32,000 bases of DNA from contig NC_010296.1 of NCBI RefSeq assembly GCF_000010625.1, positions 5,670,001 through 5,702,000 of the forward strand, in the 5' to 3' direction. This stretch comes from Microcystis aeruginosa NIES-843 (GTDB lineage: Bacteria; Cyanobacteriota; Cyanobacteriia; Cyanobacteriales; Microcystaceae). Both the position numbers and the translations under genes were made by a program. Under the pieces are notes generated by a model. It was not told the origin of the DNA. It searched no databases and saw only the letters and a program-made list of their open reading frames with translations. Positions 1-9,127 of the stretch are shown here, in pieces (within the stretch, counting starts at the first letter, position 1; each line of letters begins with the position of its first letter).

Positions 1-387
1 AAAATAATCCTTAGCACAATTGACAAATTTTGAGGCAACTTTACCGTGATGGGGAATATCTAAGGGACTTTGATAGGGACTATCAGCAGGGACAGCTACC
101 GACATCCGACAGTAACCAAATTTTAGGTCAATTAAATTAGCCACATCGGGAGATTTTTCTAATAAAACATCATAACCGGCGATGCCTAATTGTGCCTGAC
201 CGTATTCTACATAAACTGGTACATCTGTTGCTCTTACTAATAACGCTTTCGCTTGGTTAGTGGGGTCGGTAATCTGTAATTGGCGATTTTTTGAGTCAAG
301 AAAGGCACTAAAATCTAAGCCAATTTTCTGAAATATTTGGATACTTTCGTTTAGTAAAGCACCCTTCGGTAAGGCAATTGTTAGCAT
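1..387 (-). CDS. hisG: ATP phosphoribosyltransferase (short-form HisG), N-terminal 129 codons; 3' end lies beyond the window
   Basis: My own minus-strand translation from the ATG at 385-387 gives [78 protein letters not shown]... This matches the HisG N-terminus as I recall it. The frame is open to the window edge, so it is absent from the ORF track. Confidence 0.8.
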   Translation of the reverse strand, partial: MLTIALPKGALLNESIQIFQKIGLDFSAFLDSKNRQLQITDPTNQAKALLVRATDVPVYVEYGQAQLGIAGYDVLLEKSPDVANLIDLKFGYCRMSVAVPADSPYQSPLDIPHHGKVASKFVNCAKDYF

Positions 388-409
388 AGAGGGAATTATG
401 AATTGGGAA

Positions 410-492
410 GTGGGGTGTGGGGTGTGGGGTGTAGGGTGTGGGGTGTAGGGTGTGGGGTGTAGGGTGTAGGGTGTAGGGTGTGGGGTGTGGGG
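410..492. repeat. Tandem heptamer array (GTGGGGT/GTAGGGT, about 12 units), STRR-like, G-rich on the + strand
   Basis: Read directly: gtggggt gtggggt gtggggt gtagggt gtggggt gtagggt ... Confidence 0.9.
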
Positions 493-511
493 AGAATAAA
501 TAAAAAATAAT

Positions 512-556
512 CTCCTGACTCCTGAATCCTGAATCCTGAATCCTGAATCCTGTCTC
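512..556. repeat. Second tandem heptamer array (CCTGACT/CCTGAAT/CCTGTCT, about 6 units)
   Basis: Read directly: cctgact cctgaat cctgaat cctgaat cctgaat cctgtct. It abuts the stop codon of the HAD gene. Confidence 0.85.
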
Positions 557-1306
557 CTAACAGCTAAAATCATAACTGATAACCGAGATGGCAGTCAGTT
601 CTCTAATGACCACATCAGCTAATTGTAAATCTTGATGGGTTTCCGGTTGCCAACTAATTGCGATCGCTGCTGCTGATTTTGCCTGTTTAGCCATTTCCCA
701 ATCGGCCCTAGTGTCCCCCACCATCAGGGTTTTGTCCACTGCGATCCCCAAAGCTTGACAGGTTTCTTGCAATAATAGGGGATCGGGTTTACTTAAACCT
801 CGATCGCAGCCCTGGGCAATTTTAATATAATTTAATAGGCCATTTTCCTTGACAAATTGCTCCACTCGTGCTGTGGTATCGGAGGAAAGAATCGCTAATT
901 GTAACCCGGCCGCGTGCAGATAACGAATTACTTCTAAACATTGGGGATAGAGGGGATTGAAGCGGGGGGGAACCTTTTCATCGGCCGCTTGGAAGGCCGC
1001 TTTTGCGATCGCCATTGCCGTTAACCAATCCCGGCCGGTGGAAGCAATACAACCGGCAGCGGCGATATGATTATCTCTGCGGCTGCCCACTGCCATTAAA
1101 CCGGCAGGATTGAGACTATTTGCCCCAATACCGAAAGTTTTAGTTAATAAAGACTCTAAACCAGGGATTTGCGATTCAATGGCTTGTATCCGGGCTATAG
1201 CTCGATCGTACCAGAAAGCCCGCGAATCCTCTAGCGTACCGTCCTTATCAAAAACAATCCCTTGAATATCTCTAAATTCTCGATTACCACAGCGAATTAT
1301 CGACAA
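557..1306 (-). CDS. HAD-superfamily hydrolase (phosphatase-like)
   Basis: 249-aa track ORF. It has the DxDGT motif ([11 protein letters not shown]) and the distal GD..D motif ([11 protein letters not shown]) typical of HAD phosphatases. Confidence 0.8.
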   Translation of the reverse strand: MSIIRCGNREFRDIQGIVFDKDGTLEDSRAFWYDRAIARIQAIESQIPGLESLLTKTFGIGANSLNPAGLMAVGSRRDNHIAAAGCIASTGRDWLTAMAIAKAAFQAADEKVPPRFNPLYPQCLEVIRYLHAAGLQLAILSSDTTARVEQFVKENGLLNYIKIAQGCDRGLSKPDPLLLQETCQALGIAVDKTLMVGDTRADWEMAKQAKSAAAIAISWQPETHQDLQLADVVIRELTAISVISYDFSC

Positions 1307-1350
1307 ATAAACCCCCTTATTTTTATTGAATGTCAGCCATCATTTTAGCT

Positions 1351-1560
1351 CTCAGGAGACAGGATTCAGGAGATAGGAGACAGGAGATTATTTCTATTTA
1401 TTCTCCCCATCCCCCCACTTCCCTACTTCCCACTTCCCTACACCCCACACCCCACTACCCCACACCCCACACCCCACTACCCCACACCCCACACCCCACT
1501 ACCCCACTACCCCACTACCCTACACCCCACACCCCACTACCCTACACCCCACACCCCACT
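1351..1560. repeat. Inverted counterpart of the 410-556 arrays: AGGAGAC/AGGATTC units followed by a C-rich ACACCCC/ACTACCCC array
   Basis: caggagattatttctatttattctcccc is the reverse complement of ggggagaataaataaaaaataatctcctg at 489-517. It is followed by about 150 nt of ccccaca/ccccacta units. The 85-aa track ORF 1330..1587 is simply a translation of this repeat. Confidence 0.9.
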
Positions 1561-1589
1561 TTCCTATACCTTTTAAACAGGATTTAGTA

Positions 1590-2267
1590 TTATTCCTCAA
1601 AAGCGGCTTTTTGCTGACGGACTAAATCGACACCGCGGGAAGTTCCCAGACGGGTGGCCCCGGCCCGGATAAGAGCGATCGCTTGTTCTAGGGTGCGAAT
1701 TCCGCCGGATGCTTTAATTCCTACCCGGCCTTTGCTAATTTCCTTGAGAAACTTCACATCGCTAACCGTTGCACCTCCAAACCAGCCGGTACTGGTTTTT
1801 AGATAACTGACTCCTGCATCCATGCAAATTTCCGCCGCTAAGCGTTTCTCGGTGTCCGTCAGTTGCGAGGTTTCCAGAATCGCTTTTACCGTCTGGCCAG
1901 TTTCCTGACAAATACTAGCAATTTCTTGGAATAATTGCTCAGATTTCCCATCTTTTAGCCAACCGAGATTAATAACCACATCTAACTCCTTGGCACCATT
2001 ATCTACGGCTTCTAAAGCCTCATAACGTTTAACTGCGGAGGTAGTGGCCCCCGCGGGAAAACCAATCACGGTAGAAACTAAAGTTTTTTTGCCGTGGAGT
2101 AACTGCACCGCTTGCTTAACGGCAGCGGGATAAACGCAGACGGTGGGAAAACGATATTGTTCGGCCTGTTGACAGTAAGCCTCTAATTGTTCACTGGTGG
2201 CGGTGGGGATGAGGAGAGAATGGTCGATATATTGTGCTAAATCTAGATCAGAATCGGTGATAGCCAT
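1590..2267 (-). CDS. deoC: Deoxyribose-phosphate aldolase
   Basis: 225-aa ORF with YLKTSTGW and IKASGGIRT motifs. Length and motifs fit class I DeoC. Confidence 0.85.
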   Translation of the reverse strand: MAITDSDLDLAQYIDHSLLIPTATSEQLEAYCQQAEQYRFPTVCVYPAAVKQAVQLLHGKKTLVSTVIGFPAGATTSAVKRYEALEAVDNGAKELDVVINLGWLKDGKSEQLFQEIASICQETGQTVKAILETSQLTDTEKRLAAEICMDAGVSYLKTSTGWFGGATVSDVKFLKEISKGRVGIKASGGIRTLEQAIALIRAGATRLGTSRGVDLVRQQKAAFEE

Positions 2268-2426
2268 TATCTAAGCCTCAATATAGTCAATCGATCGCTA
2301 TTTTCTCATTTTATGGAAATCGCACAGCAAAGTCATCTCTCGTTAACCTAGAAATTCAGAGACTAGCAAAAATCCAGTAACCTAGGAAGAAACCGTCACA
2401 AGTGAAGACTAGGAGACAATAGACCT

Positions 2427-5036
2427 ATGTTAGAAGCGTATCATCAGCACGTTGCCGACCGAGCGAAATTAGGTATCCCTCCCCTTCCCCTCAACGCTCA
2501 ACAAACGGCGGAATTATGCGAAATACTCAAAAATCCGTCCGAAGAACTCAAAGGAGAATTGCTGACCCTGCTGCGTGACCGTGTTCCCCCCGGAGTTGAT
2601 GAAGCGGCCTACGTTAAAGCGGGATTTTTAACAGGAATTGCCAAAGGTGAAATAAAATCTAGCGTTATCTCCGCTCAGGGTGCGGTTAGCTTACTGGGAA
2701 CCATGGTAGGTGGTTATAACGTTCATTCTCTGATTGAACTGCTGAAATCCAGAGATATTAATATCGCCGCCGCCGCTGCCAGTGCTTTAAGTAAAACCCT
2801 GCTGGTATTCGACGCATTTAACGAGGTTTTGGAATTATCCGACACCAATCCCTATGCTAAACAGGTCATCGATGCTTGGGCCAATGGTGCTTGGTTTATC
2901 GCTAAACCGAAACTTGCTAAAGAAATTACCGTCACCGTCTTCAAAGTCCCAGGAGAAACCAATACAGATGACCTATCTCCCGCTCCCCATGCCACCACCC
3001 GGCCTGATATTCCCCTTCATGCTTTGGTTATGTTAGAAACCCGTCAACCTGGGTCCTTAGAAACCATTGCCGAATTGAAAAAATTAGGCCATCCGGTCGC
3101 CTATGTGGGGGATGTGGTCGGGACTGGTTCCAGCCGAAAATCGGCGATTAACTCGGTTCTCTGGCATATTGGCGATGATATTCCCTTTGTACCTAATAAA
3201 CGTGCTGGTGGCTATATTTTAGGCAGTAAAATCGCCCCTATCTTCTTTAATACTGCTGAGGATTCCGGCGCTTTACCGCTTGAATGCGATGTTAGCCAAA
3301 TGAACACGGGGGATGTGATTAAAATCTATCCCTACGAAGGCAAAATCACCAACGAAGCGGGCGCAACTATTAGCACTTTTAGCCTCAAACCTGAGACAAT
3401 TCTGGATGAAGTGCGGGCCGGCGGTCGTATTCCCCTCTTAATCGGTCGCAGTCTCACCGATAAAACCCGTCACGCCTTGGGACTTGAGGCTAGTACCCTA
3501 TTTACCCGTCCAACTATGCCTAGTGACACGGGTAAAGGTTACACCCTAGCGCAAAAAATGGTCGGCAAAGCTTGCGGTTTACCCGGGGTGCGGCCGGGTA
3601 CTTCCTGTGACCCAATTATGACTACGGTAGGGTCTCAGGATACCACCGGCCCGATGACCAGAGACGAGTTAAAAGAGTTAGCCTGTTTAGGTTTTAGCGC
3701 CGATTTAGTCATGCAGAGTTTCTGTCACACGGCAGCCTATCCGAAACCGGTTGATATTCAAACTCATCACCAATTACCGGACTTTTTCTCTACCCGGGGT
3801 GGGGTGGCTTTACGTCCGGGAGATGGCATTATTCACTCCTGGTTAAATCGGATGTTATTGCCGGATACGGTGGGGACTGGAGGCGATTCTCATACTCGTT
3901 TTCCCCTGGGAATTTCCTTTCCTGCGGGGTCGGGTTTAGTGGCATTTGCCGCCGCTTTGGGAGTAATGCCTTTGGATATGCCGGAATCGGTTTTAGTGCG
4001 TTTTACGGGGGAATTACAACCAGGTGTAACTCTGCGCGATATTGTTAATGCTATTCCCTACGTTGCCATCCAAGAGGGTAAATTAACCGTGGAAAAACAG
4101 AACAAAAAAAATGTTTTTAACGGTCGCATTATGGAGATGGAAGGGCTGCCGGATTTGAAATTAGAACAGGCTTTTGAGTTAACCGATGCCACGGCGGAAC
4201 GTTCCTGTGCCGGTTGTACGATTAAGTTAAGTACCGAGACAGTGGCGGAATATTTACGCTCTAATGTGGCCCTGTTAAAAAATATGGCAGCCCGGGGTTA
4301 TAGTGATGCCAAAACTATCCTACGTCGGGTAGCAAAAATGGAACAATGGTTAGCTAATCCTGTCCTGATGGAGGCGGATAAGGATGCCGAATATGCGGAT
4401 ATTATCACCGTCAACTTAAACGAGATTAAAGAACCAATTGTCGCCGCACCCAATGACCCCGATAATATCAAGTTAATGTCGGAATGCGCCGGGGATAAAA
4501 TTGATGAGGTGTTCATCGGTTCTTGTATGACTAATATCGGCCATTATCGCGCCGCCGCTAAGATATTAGAAGGGGCAGGAGTTGCTAAGGCTAAACTGTG
4601 GATTTGTCCCCCCACCCGCATGGATGAAAAACAATTGCGCGATGAGGGAATGTATGGCATTTTTGCCGCTTCTGGGGCGCGTACCGAGATGCCTGGATGT
4701 TCCCTTTGTATGGGTAATCAAGCGCGGGTTGAAGACAGAGCAACGGTATTTTCTACCTCGACTCGTAACTTCAATAATCGCATGGGAAAAGATGCGCGAG
4801 TCTATCTCGGTTCCGCCGAATTAGCGGCGGTTTGTGCGCTGCTGGGACGCATTCCCACCGTCGAGGAATACCTCGCAATTGTCACCGAGAAAATTAATCC
4901 TTTTGCCAGCGATTTATACCGCTATTTGAACTTTAATGAAATCGCTGGTTTTGAGGATGAAGGCCGGGTAATTCCCCTAGAAGATTTACCTAAGATTGAG
5001 GATATCTTAGGGATTCCTTCTGGTGTTTTGAGTTAG
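2427..5036 (+). CDS. acnB: Aconitate hydratase B (bifunctional aconitase 2 / 2-methylisocitrate dehydratase)
   Basis: 869-aa ORF. It has an AcnB-type N-terminal domain plus the Fe-S ligand motifs [21 protein letters not shown] and [10 protein letters not shown]. Confidence 0.95.
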   Translation: MLEAYHQHVADRAKLGIPPLPLNAQQTAELCEILKNPSEELKGELLTLLRDRVPPGVDEAAYVKAGFLTGIAKGEIKSSVISAQGAVSLLGTMVGGYNVHSLIELLKSRDINIAAAAASALSKTLLVFDAFNEVLELSDTNPYAKQVIDAWANGAWFIAKPKLAKEITVTVFKVPGETNTDDLSPAPHATTRPDIPLHALVMLETRQPGSLETIAELKKLGHPVAYVGDVVGTGSSRKSAINSVLWHIGDDIPFVPNKRAGGYILGSKIAPIFFNTAEDSGALPLECDVSQMNTGDVIKIYPYEGKITNEAGATISTFSLKPETILDEVRAGGRIPLLIGRSLTDKTRHALGLEASTLFTRPTMPSDTGKGYTLAQKMVGKACGLPGVRPGTSCDPIMTTVGSQDTTGPMTRDELKELACLGFSADLVMQSFCHTAAYPKPVDIQTHHQLPDFFSTRGGVALRPGDGIIHSWLNRMLLPDTVGTGGDSHTRFPLGISFPAGSGLVAFAAALGVMPLDMPESVLVRFTGELQPGVTLRDIVNAIPYVAIQEGKLTVEKQNKKNVFNGRIMEMEGLPDLKLEQAFELTDATAERSCAGCTIKLSTETVAEYLRSNVALLKNMAARGYSDAKTILRRVAKMEQWLANPVLMEADKDAEYADIITVNLNEIKEPIVAAPNDPDNIKLMSECAGDKIDEVFIGSCMTNIGHYRAAAKILEGAGVAKAKLWICPPTRMDEKQLRDEGMYGIFAASGARTEMPGCSLCMGNQARVEDRATVFSTSTRNFNNRMGKDARVYLGSAELAAVCALLGRIPTVEEYLAIVTEKINPFASDLYRYLNFNEIAGFEDEGRVIPLEDLPKIEDILGIPSGVLS

Positions 5037-5048
5037 TATGAAGTTGAG

Positions 5049-5077
5049 GGTGAGCTATGAAAAGCTCACCTTTTGTT
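5049..5077 (+). terminator. Rho-independent terminator of acnB
   Basis: Perfect 8-bp stem ggtgagct/agctcacc with a 6-nt loop, then ttttgtt. It begins 13 nt after the acnB stop. Confidence 0.7.
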
Positions 5078-5100
5078 CAGAAAATAAAGAGGTAAAATTT

Positions 5101-5370
5101 ATGGGGATGCCCTGTGAAGTGAATAGTATTTTAAAGTTAAAACCATCTCAAGGTTATCCAGAAAGTTTGGAATTATCTAAACAGTATCAAGGGAGCAAAG
5201 AAGATTATAGAATTATTCCTGTTGATGTTCCCATTCCTTTGGTAAATGAACATTGGGTCGCCTACGCAGATGTTATCATTGAAAAATTAGTTTGGGAAAA
5301 TCGTCAAACAACAGTTTTATTTAGAATTGATAGGATTTATCCAGTCCCTTTTATTGTCAAAGAAACTTGA
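5101..5370 (+). CDS. Small conserved cyanobacterial protein, DUF2584-like (89 aa)
   Basis: The track ORF 5038..5370 starts inside the acnB terminator hairpin. An internal ATG at 5101 has aagagg 8 nt upstream. The MGMPCEVNSILKLKP... start resembles DUF2584, from recall only. Confidence 0.55.
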   Translation: MGMPCEVNSILKLKPSQGYPESLELSKQYQGSKEDYRIIPVDVPIPLVNEHWVAYADVIIEKLVWENRQTTVLFRIDRIYPVPFIVKET

Positions 5371-5376
5371 AATTAG

Positions 5377-6207
5377 ATGAAGGATCAACAACGAATAATT
5401 ATTGCAAGAATTATTAAGTATGAATTTGATTATTTTCTCAGAAAATTCAAGCCTTGGGAAAAACTCATATTTTTGTTATACTTAATAGTAGCAATTGTGA
5501 CAGGTTTAGGGGATGCAAGTTCATTTTTTACAGGAGAGAATAGTCCTATACCTAGGGAATGGAAATTATTAAAAAGCCCTCAAATAGTTACGATTATATC
5601 TATTATTATCTTAGGAATTCCTGTTTTACTCTCTCAAACACAGACTGGACAAGATACTGTTGAACTTTTAGAAACAATTCGCTTAAATATTGTGCCAGCA
5701 ATCAGTAGTTTTTTAGAAGAATTATCTGTTAATATAAAACAAAAATTTAATCTAAAAGGCAATATCAGAGTATCCTTGTGGATACCAGTGAGACAAAAGT
5801 TATTTACTTGGAATCTCCAAATGGTATGTAAAACTAGCAATGTATCTGATAGGGAACTAGAGGCACTTTTTGAATTAGATGAAGGGGTAATTGGTTACAC
5901 ATACCTGAAGACTAAAAGAAAGTATGCGTTGGAGTTTATTGATATTTCTAATTCCCAGCAATTACCGTCTTCTTATGTCCCTCTCCAAAGAGACAATGAA
6001 CTATTAATTAATCCTCATATAAAAATTGTGTTAGCTGTAGCTGCACTGCAAAAAAGTTCTATTCTGGGACTATTAGCTGTTGATACCGATGATAGTGCAG
6101 ATTTAAGCTCAATGAATGATAGAAATCTGCATAGTAGTATTTTAGACTGGATGACACAATACAATAACGTTGTTAAATTACTCTGGAGAATGAAGAATAA
6201 TGTCTAG
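5377..6207 (+). CDS. Uncharacterised membrane protein: two TM helices plus a possibly GAF-like cytosolic domain
   Basis: 276-aa AT-rich ORF. Hydrophobic helices LIFLLYLIVAIVTGL and IVTIISIIILGIPVLL are followed by a soluble domain of about 170 aa (VSLWIP...GVIGYTY...ILGLLAVD). I recognise no family with certainty. Confidence 0.6.
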   Translation: MKDQQRIIIARIIKYEFDYFLRKFKPWEKLIFLLYLIVAIVTGLGDASSFFTGENSPIPREWKLLKSPQIVTIISIIILGIPVLLSQTQTGQDTVELLETIRLNIVPAISSFLEELSVNIKQKFNLKGNIRVSLWIPVRQKLFTWNLQMVCKTSNVSDRELEALFELDEGVIGYTYLKTKRKYALEFIDISNSQQLPSSYVPLQRDNELLINPHIKIVLAVAALQKSSILGLLAVDTDDSADLSSMNDRNLHSSILDWMTQYNNVVKLLWRMKNNV

Positions 6208-6279
6208 GGTATTGACTAGGTTAAGCAATTGACTCATGATAACAGTAGGGTTAAGACCTAAACCACAGAGGAAACTATT

Positions 6280-6456
6280 ATGTCTGAGTCACTAAAACAA
6301 CAGAGACAAGCACCTAGTTTAAAGTTAATTGAAATATTAGAAGATGGTAGTGCCAAAACTTTTATCTACGAAGATCCCGAAAAAAAGAGCAAATCCAGCT
6401 TTATTGCTCGAATAAAGGCTAAAATACAACAAAAATTCCGACCATCAGCTAATTAG
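6280..6456 (+). CDS. Small Lys-rich hypothetical protein (58 aa)
   Basis: Below the track size cutoff. The ATG at 6280 has gaggaa 7 nt upstream. The product is MSESLKQQRQAPSLKLIEILEDGSAKTFIYEDPEKKSKSSFIARIKAKIQQKFRPSAN, and a hairpin terminator follows. Confidence 0.45.
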   Translation: MSESLKQQRQAPSLKLIEILEDGSAKTFIYEDPEKKSKSSFIARIKAKIQQKFRPSAN

Positions 6457-6488
6457 TTCTTATGTATTTGCCAGATCATTTGTACACA

Positions 6489-6519
6489 AGGGGGTTATCT
6501 ACCCCCTGATTTGTTTTTA
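6489..6519 (+). terminator. Hairpin terminator after the small ORF
   Basis: Stem aggggg/ccccct with loop ttatcta, followed by gatttgttttt. Confidence 0.55.
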
Positions 6520-6605
6520 TAGTCATGACCGATTAGTTTGATACATTCTAGATACATGAAGCTCTTATCCTGTCTAGTATTAATATTCTCAATCTTAATT
6601 GAAAT
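6520..6605 (+). mobile_element. Truncated copy of the tagtcat... MITE (right terminal repeat missing)
   Basis: It is about three quarters identical, ungapped and judged by eye, to the reverse complement of the complete 91-bp MITE at 19803-19893. The last 23 nt (atattctcaatcttaattgaaat) are identical. It starts tagtcatgac after TA but ends at gaaat, where acnB-derived sequence begins. Confidence 0.7.
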
Positions 6606-6700
6606 CGCTGGTTTTGAGGATGAAGGCCAGGTAATTCCCCTAGAAGATTTACCTAAGATTGAGGATATCTTAGGGATTCCTTCCGGTGTTTTGAGTTAGT
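6601..6700 (+). repeat. Orphan duplicate of the last ~100 nt of acnB, including its stop codon
   Basis: 98 of 100 nt match 4938-5037. The differences are ggccggg vs ggccagg and ttctgg vs ttccgg. Confidence 0.95.
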
Positions 6701-6838
6701 TGACCGGTTATGGGTCATTTCGATCGAGGCGAAAGATTTCTTTTGATTTCGATCAAGATGACCCCTCTAACGATCGAATTTTCGACAATTATAGGATTTT
6801 TTTCGATATACGGAATGACAACTCGATAAAATAAAAAT

Positions 6839-7132
6839 ATGAAATTCGAGTGGGATCGACAAAAGAACCGAGCGAATATCATCAAGCACGATCTAGACTT
6901 CGCGGACGCGCAGCGGATATTTGAACATCCCATTCGAGTTTCCCTTGACGAACGAGAAAATTATGGCGAAGATCGATTGATAGGAATCGGTACGCTCGAT
7001 GGCCGAGTGGTAGTTGTCGTTTTTACAGAACCGAGTAGAGATACAATTCGTATTATTTCACTTCGTAAAGCTTTACCCTATGAACGAAAACGATATGAAC
7101 AATACCTCCGAGACGAATTGGGAGAAAGTTGA
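6839..7132 (+). CDS. brnT: BrnT-family toxin (DUF497)
   Basis: 97 aa. MKFEWDRQKNRANIIKHDLDFADAQRIF...RIISLRKA matches the BrnT pattern. Confidence 0.85.
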   Translation: MKFEWDRQKNRANIIKHDLDFADAQRIFEHPIRVSLDERENYGEDRLIGIGTLDGRVVVVVFTEPSRDTIRIISLRKALPYERKRYEQYLRDELGES

Positions 7133-7346
7133 CGCTCTTACGGAAGAGGAAATCGACACATCCGATATTCCGCCCTTAACCGAGGAGTTTTTTAGTAAAT
7201 CGCGGTGGTGGAAACCTGTAGAGAAAGTAAATGTTCTTGTTCAAGTAGATCCCGAAACCCTAGCTTGGTTTCAATCACAGGGCGAGGATTGTGAACAAAA
7301 AATGTCCGCCGCTTTACGGATTTATGCGGAGGCTCACAAAGTATAG
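7080..7346 (+). CDS. brnA: BrnA-family antitoxin
   Basis: An internal ATG at 7080 overlaps the 3' end of brnT. MNENDMNNTSETNWEKVDALTEEEIDTSDIPPLTEEFF...AALRIYAEAHK is typical of BrnA. The track start at 7014 lies inside brnT. Confidence 0.8.
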   Translation: MNENDMNNTSETNWEKVDALTEEEIDTSDIPPLTEEFFSKSRWWKPVEKVNVLVQVDPETLAWFQSQGEDCEQKMSAALRIYAEAHKV

Positions 7347-7477
7347 TCAAGTTTAGTTCGGGTACAAGCCACACAATAAAAAAGTTCGCTATCATTTTGA
7401 GCGGGATGAAAAGCCACACAATCTCATTTACCAATAAATCGCCTTAAATGAAATGATAAAAGTGAGTACGAAAAATT

Positions 7478-8443
7478 ATGATTATAGATGTACCGACTGG
7501 AGATGATTTTAAATCCGCTGGCATTGATTTTTTAAATCTGGCTTGGGATACGCTGATAAGTTTATCTACAAAACTTAAGGATGCGGAATATTTTTATAAT
7601 GTGTATTATAGCGATGAGAATGAAGAAGTAATCGATCAATTGTCATCTGAGCAATATTGGAAACAAGCACAACGTCCATTGAGTACAGCCCTTTCCCTTA
7701 TTCAACAAGGAACCGAATTTCTCTTAAAAGGTCATATTGCTACAGTTAGCCCGTATTTACTAATTTCAGGAGATCCGAGTAATTATCCCAGTAAATCTCA
7801 TGAGCGCAATATCCGTTTTAGTGAATTTAAAACAATTGATGCACAGGATTTAGTCAAAGTTTATAATACCGTATCGACTGGTCGATTACCAGATAACTTT
7901 CGACAAAGATTTGAAGATTTGAGAAGCAAGCGAAATATAATTATGCACACTGTAGATCCTGAATTATATATAAAAACTAAAGATCTGTTTGTTGAAATTC
8001 TAGAAATTTGTCATTATTTGATAGAGCCAAACTCGTGGATAAAAATTCGAGGACAATTCATTCAAAATGAACCTGAATCTGTTCTATATAGCTCTGAAAC
8101 CAGAGAATTATATAATTGGCTGGCTTTGGAAATAAACCTTGTAATTGATTTATTAACACCTTCAGAAAATAATAAATATTTTAATTTTAATAAAAAAACA
8201 AGACGTTATTTCTGTCCTAGTTGTTATAGTGGTTTTAGGGAAGATTACGAAGACGAACAGATTCCAAGATTAGCTCAACTAATACCTAATGAACCAACTA
8301 GCAACACTATTTATTGCCTTGTATGTAATGAATCTTATGAAGTATTGCGGGAAGATTGCACAGCTGAAGATTGTCTGGGTAATGTCATAGATCCTGATGA
8401 TGGTACATGTCTTACCTGTGGTTCGGACAATTTTCGAGATTAA
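7478..8443 (+). CDS. HEPN-domain protein (MAE_28990-like) with a C-terminal multi-CxxC zinc-ribbon region
   Basis: 321-aa, very AT-rich ORF. It has LSLIQQGTEFLLKGHIATVSPYLLI plus an R-x4-H motif, LRSKRNIIMH (R152..H157). The tail carries CPSC (246-249), CLVC (280-283), C294/C299 and CLTC (311-314). Confidence 0.6.
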   Translation: MIIDVPTGDDFKSAGIDFLNLAWDTLISLSTKLKDAEYFYNVYYSDENEEVIDQLSSEQYWKQAQRPLSTALSLIQQGTEFLLKGHIATVSPYLLISGDPSNYPSKSHERNIRFSEFKTIDAQDLVKVYNTVSTGRLPDNFRQRFEDLRSKRNIIMHTVDPELYIKTKDLFVEILEICHYLIEPNSWIKIRGQFIQNEPESVLYSSETRELYNWLALEINLVIDLLTPSENNKYFNFNKKTRRYFCPSCYSGFREDYEDEQIPRLAQLIPNEPTSNTIYCLVCNESYEVLREDCTAEDCLGNVIDPDDGTCLTCGSDNFRD

Positions 8444-8450
8444 TTGTTGA

Positions 8451-8615
8451 AATTGTAATAAATATCTTGTATGTATTAATTTCTTTATTTTTTTAATCGG
8501 ACAAGAAATTTATGAAAAGTTTTTTGCTCAAGCTGCCATACAAATAATCTTGCAAAAGTATCAAATTTTATTGTTAATTGTTGACACTAATCAGGAGGAA
8601 TCGTTCAATGGATAA
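8451..8615 (+). pseudogene. xisH: 5'-truncated xisH remnant (C-terminal ~50 codons only)
   Basis: An in-frame reading without a start codon gives ...LIGQEIYEKFFAQAAIQIILQKYQILLLIVDTNQEESFNG*. This parallels the C-terminus of the XisH at 19409. Its stop overlaps the xisI ATG. Confidence 0.5.
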
Positions 8616-8949
8616 ACTAAATTATTATCAAAGCATAATCAAGAAAATTCTCACAGAATATGCAGAAATTTCCTCACAAGTACCCGATCAAGACATAGAA
8701 GAAATATTGATGTTTGACCATAATAGAAGCCAATATCTTTGGTTTAATATTGGCTGGAAAAATGGCAAACGAATTAAAGCGATTTCCGTTTATCTTCGTC
8801 TAAAAAATGACAAAATTTATATTGAATAAGATTGGACAGAAGCAGGTATCGCCACGGAATTAATGCGCGTAGGAATTCCCAGCAGTGAGATAGTTTTAGC
8901 TTTTCAACCTCCCGAAGTGCGTCAGTTTACCGAATTTGCGATCGCCTAA
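8608..8949 (+). pseudogene. xisI: xisI-like gene with an in-frame TAA at codon 74
   Basis: MDKLNYYQSIIKKILTEYAEIS...KIYIE* is followed in the same frame by [39 protein letters not shown]. It is colinear with the intact XisI at 19086..19421. The TAA is at 8827-8829. Confidence 0.8.
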
Positions 8950-9127
8950 AAATTATTCTTTACTTTCTCGTCAGATGAGGAGTATCTAAAATCGAATATT
9001 TAAATATACTTGTTTCCAAGTCATTTCTGTCACTTCATCTTTGGCTCGCCGGTTCAAGGGTTAGATATTTTCCGAGCAAAAGTGCTACAATGTAATCTTA
9101 GGGGTCAAAACAATCAAGGAGAAGAGC

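Noticed and set aside
410-492. The heptamer arrays as possible CRISPR arrays
   Set aside because: The units are contiguous 7-8-mers with no spacers, and no cas genes are present.
1330-1587. 85-aa track ORF rich in PTPH repeats
   Set aside because: It is just the translation of the C-rich heptamer/octamer array. It has no start context, and its periodicity equals the DNA repeat.
2854-4824. Short ORFs inside or antisense to acnB (2854, 4298, 4582), plus similar ones in ureC, ppk2, the TIR and ATPase genes, and the transposases
   Set aside because: They are fully nested in strongly supported long CDSs, with no independent signals.
5038-5100. N-terminal extension of the 110-aa track ORF starting 1 nt after the acnB stop
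   Set aside because: It is read through the acnB terminator hairpin. The internal ATG at 5101 has a proper Shine-Dalgarno sequence and matches the conserved family start.
6519-6605. Integron attC-like cassette recombination site shared by the acnB insert and the TIR-gene region (it includes a GTTAAAC match in the other copy)
   Set aside because: The complete copy at 19803-19893 has perfect 10-bp terminal inverted repeats and a TA duplication inside xisH. It is therefore a MITE and not a cassette site.
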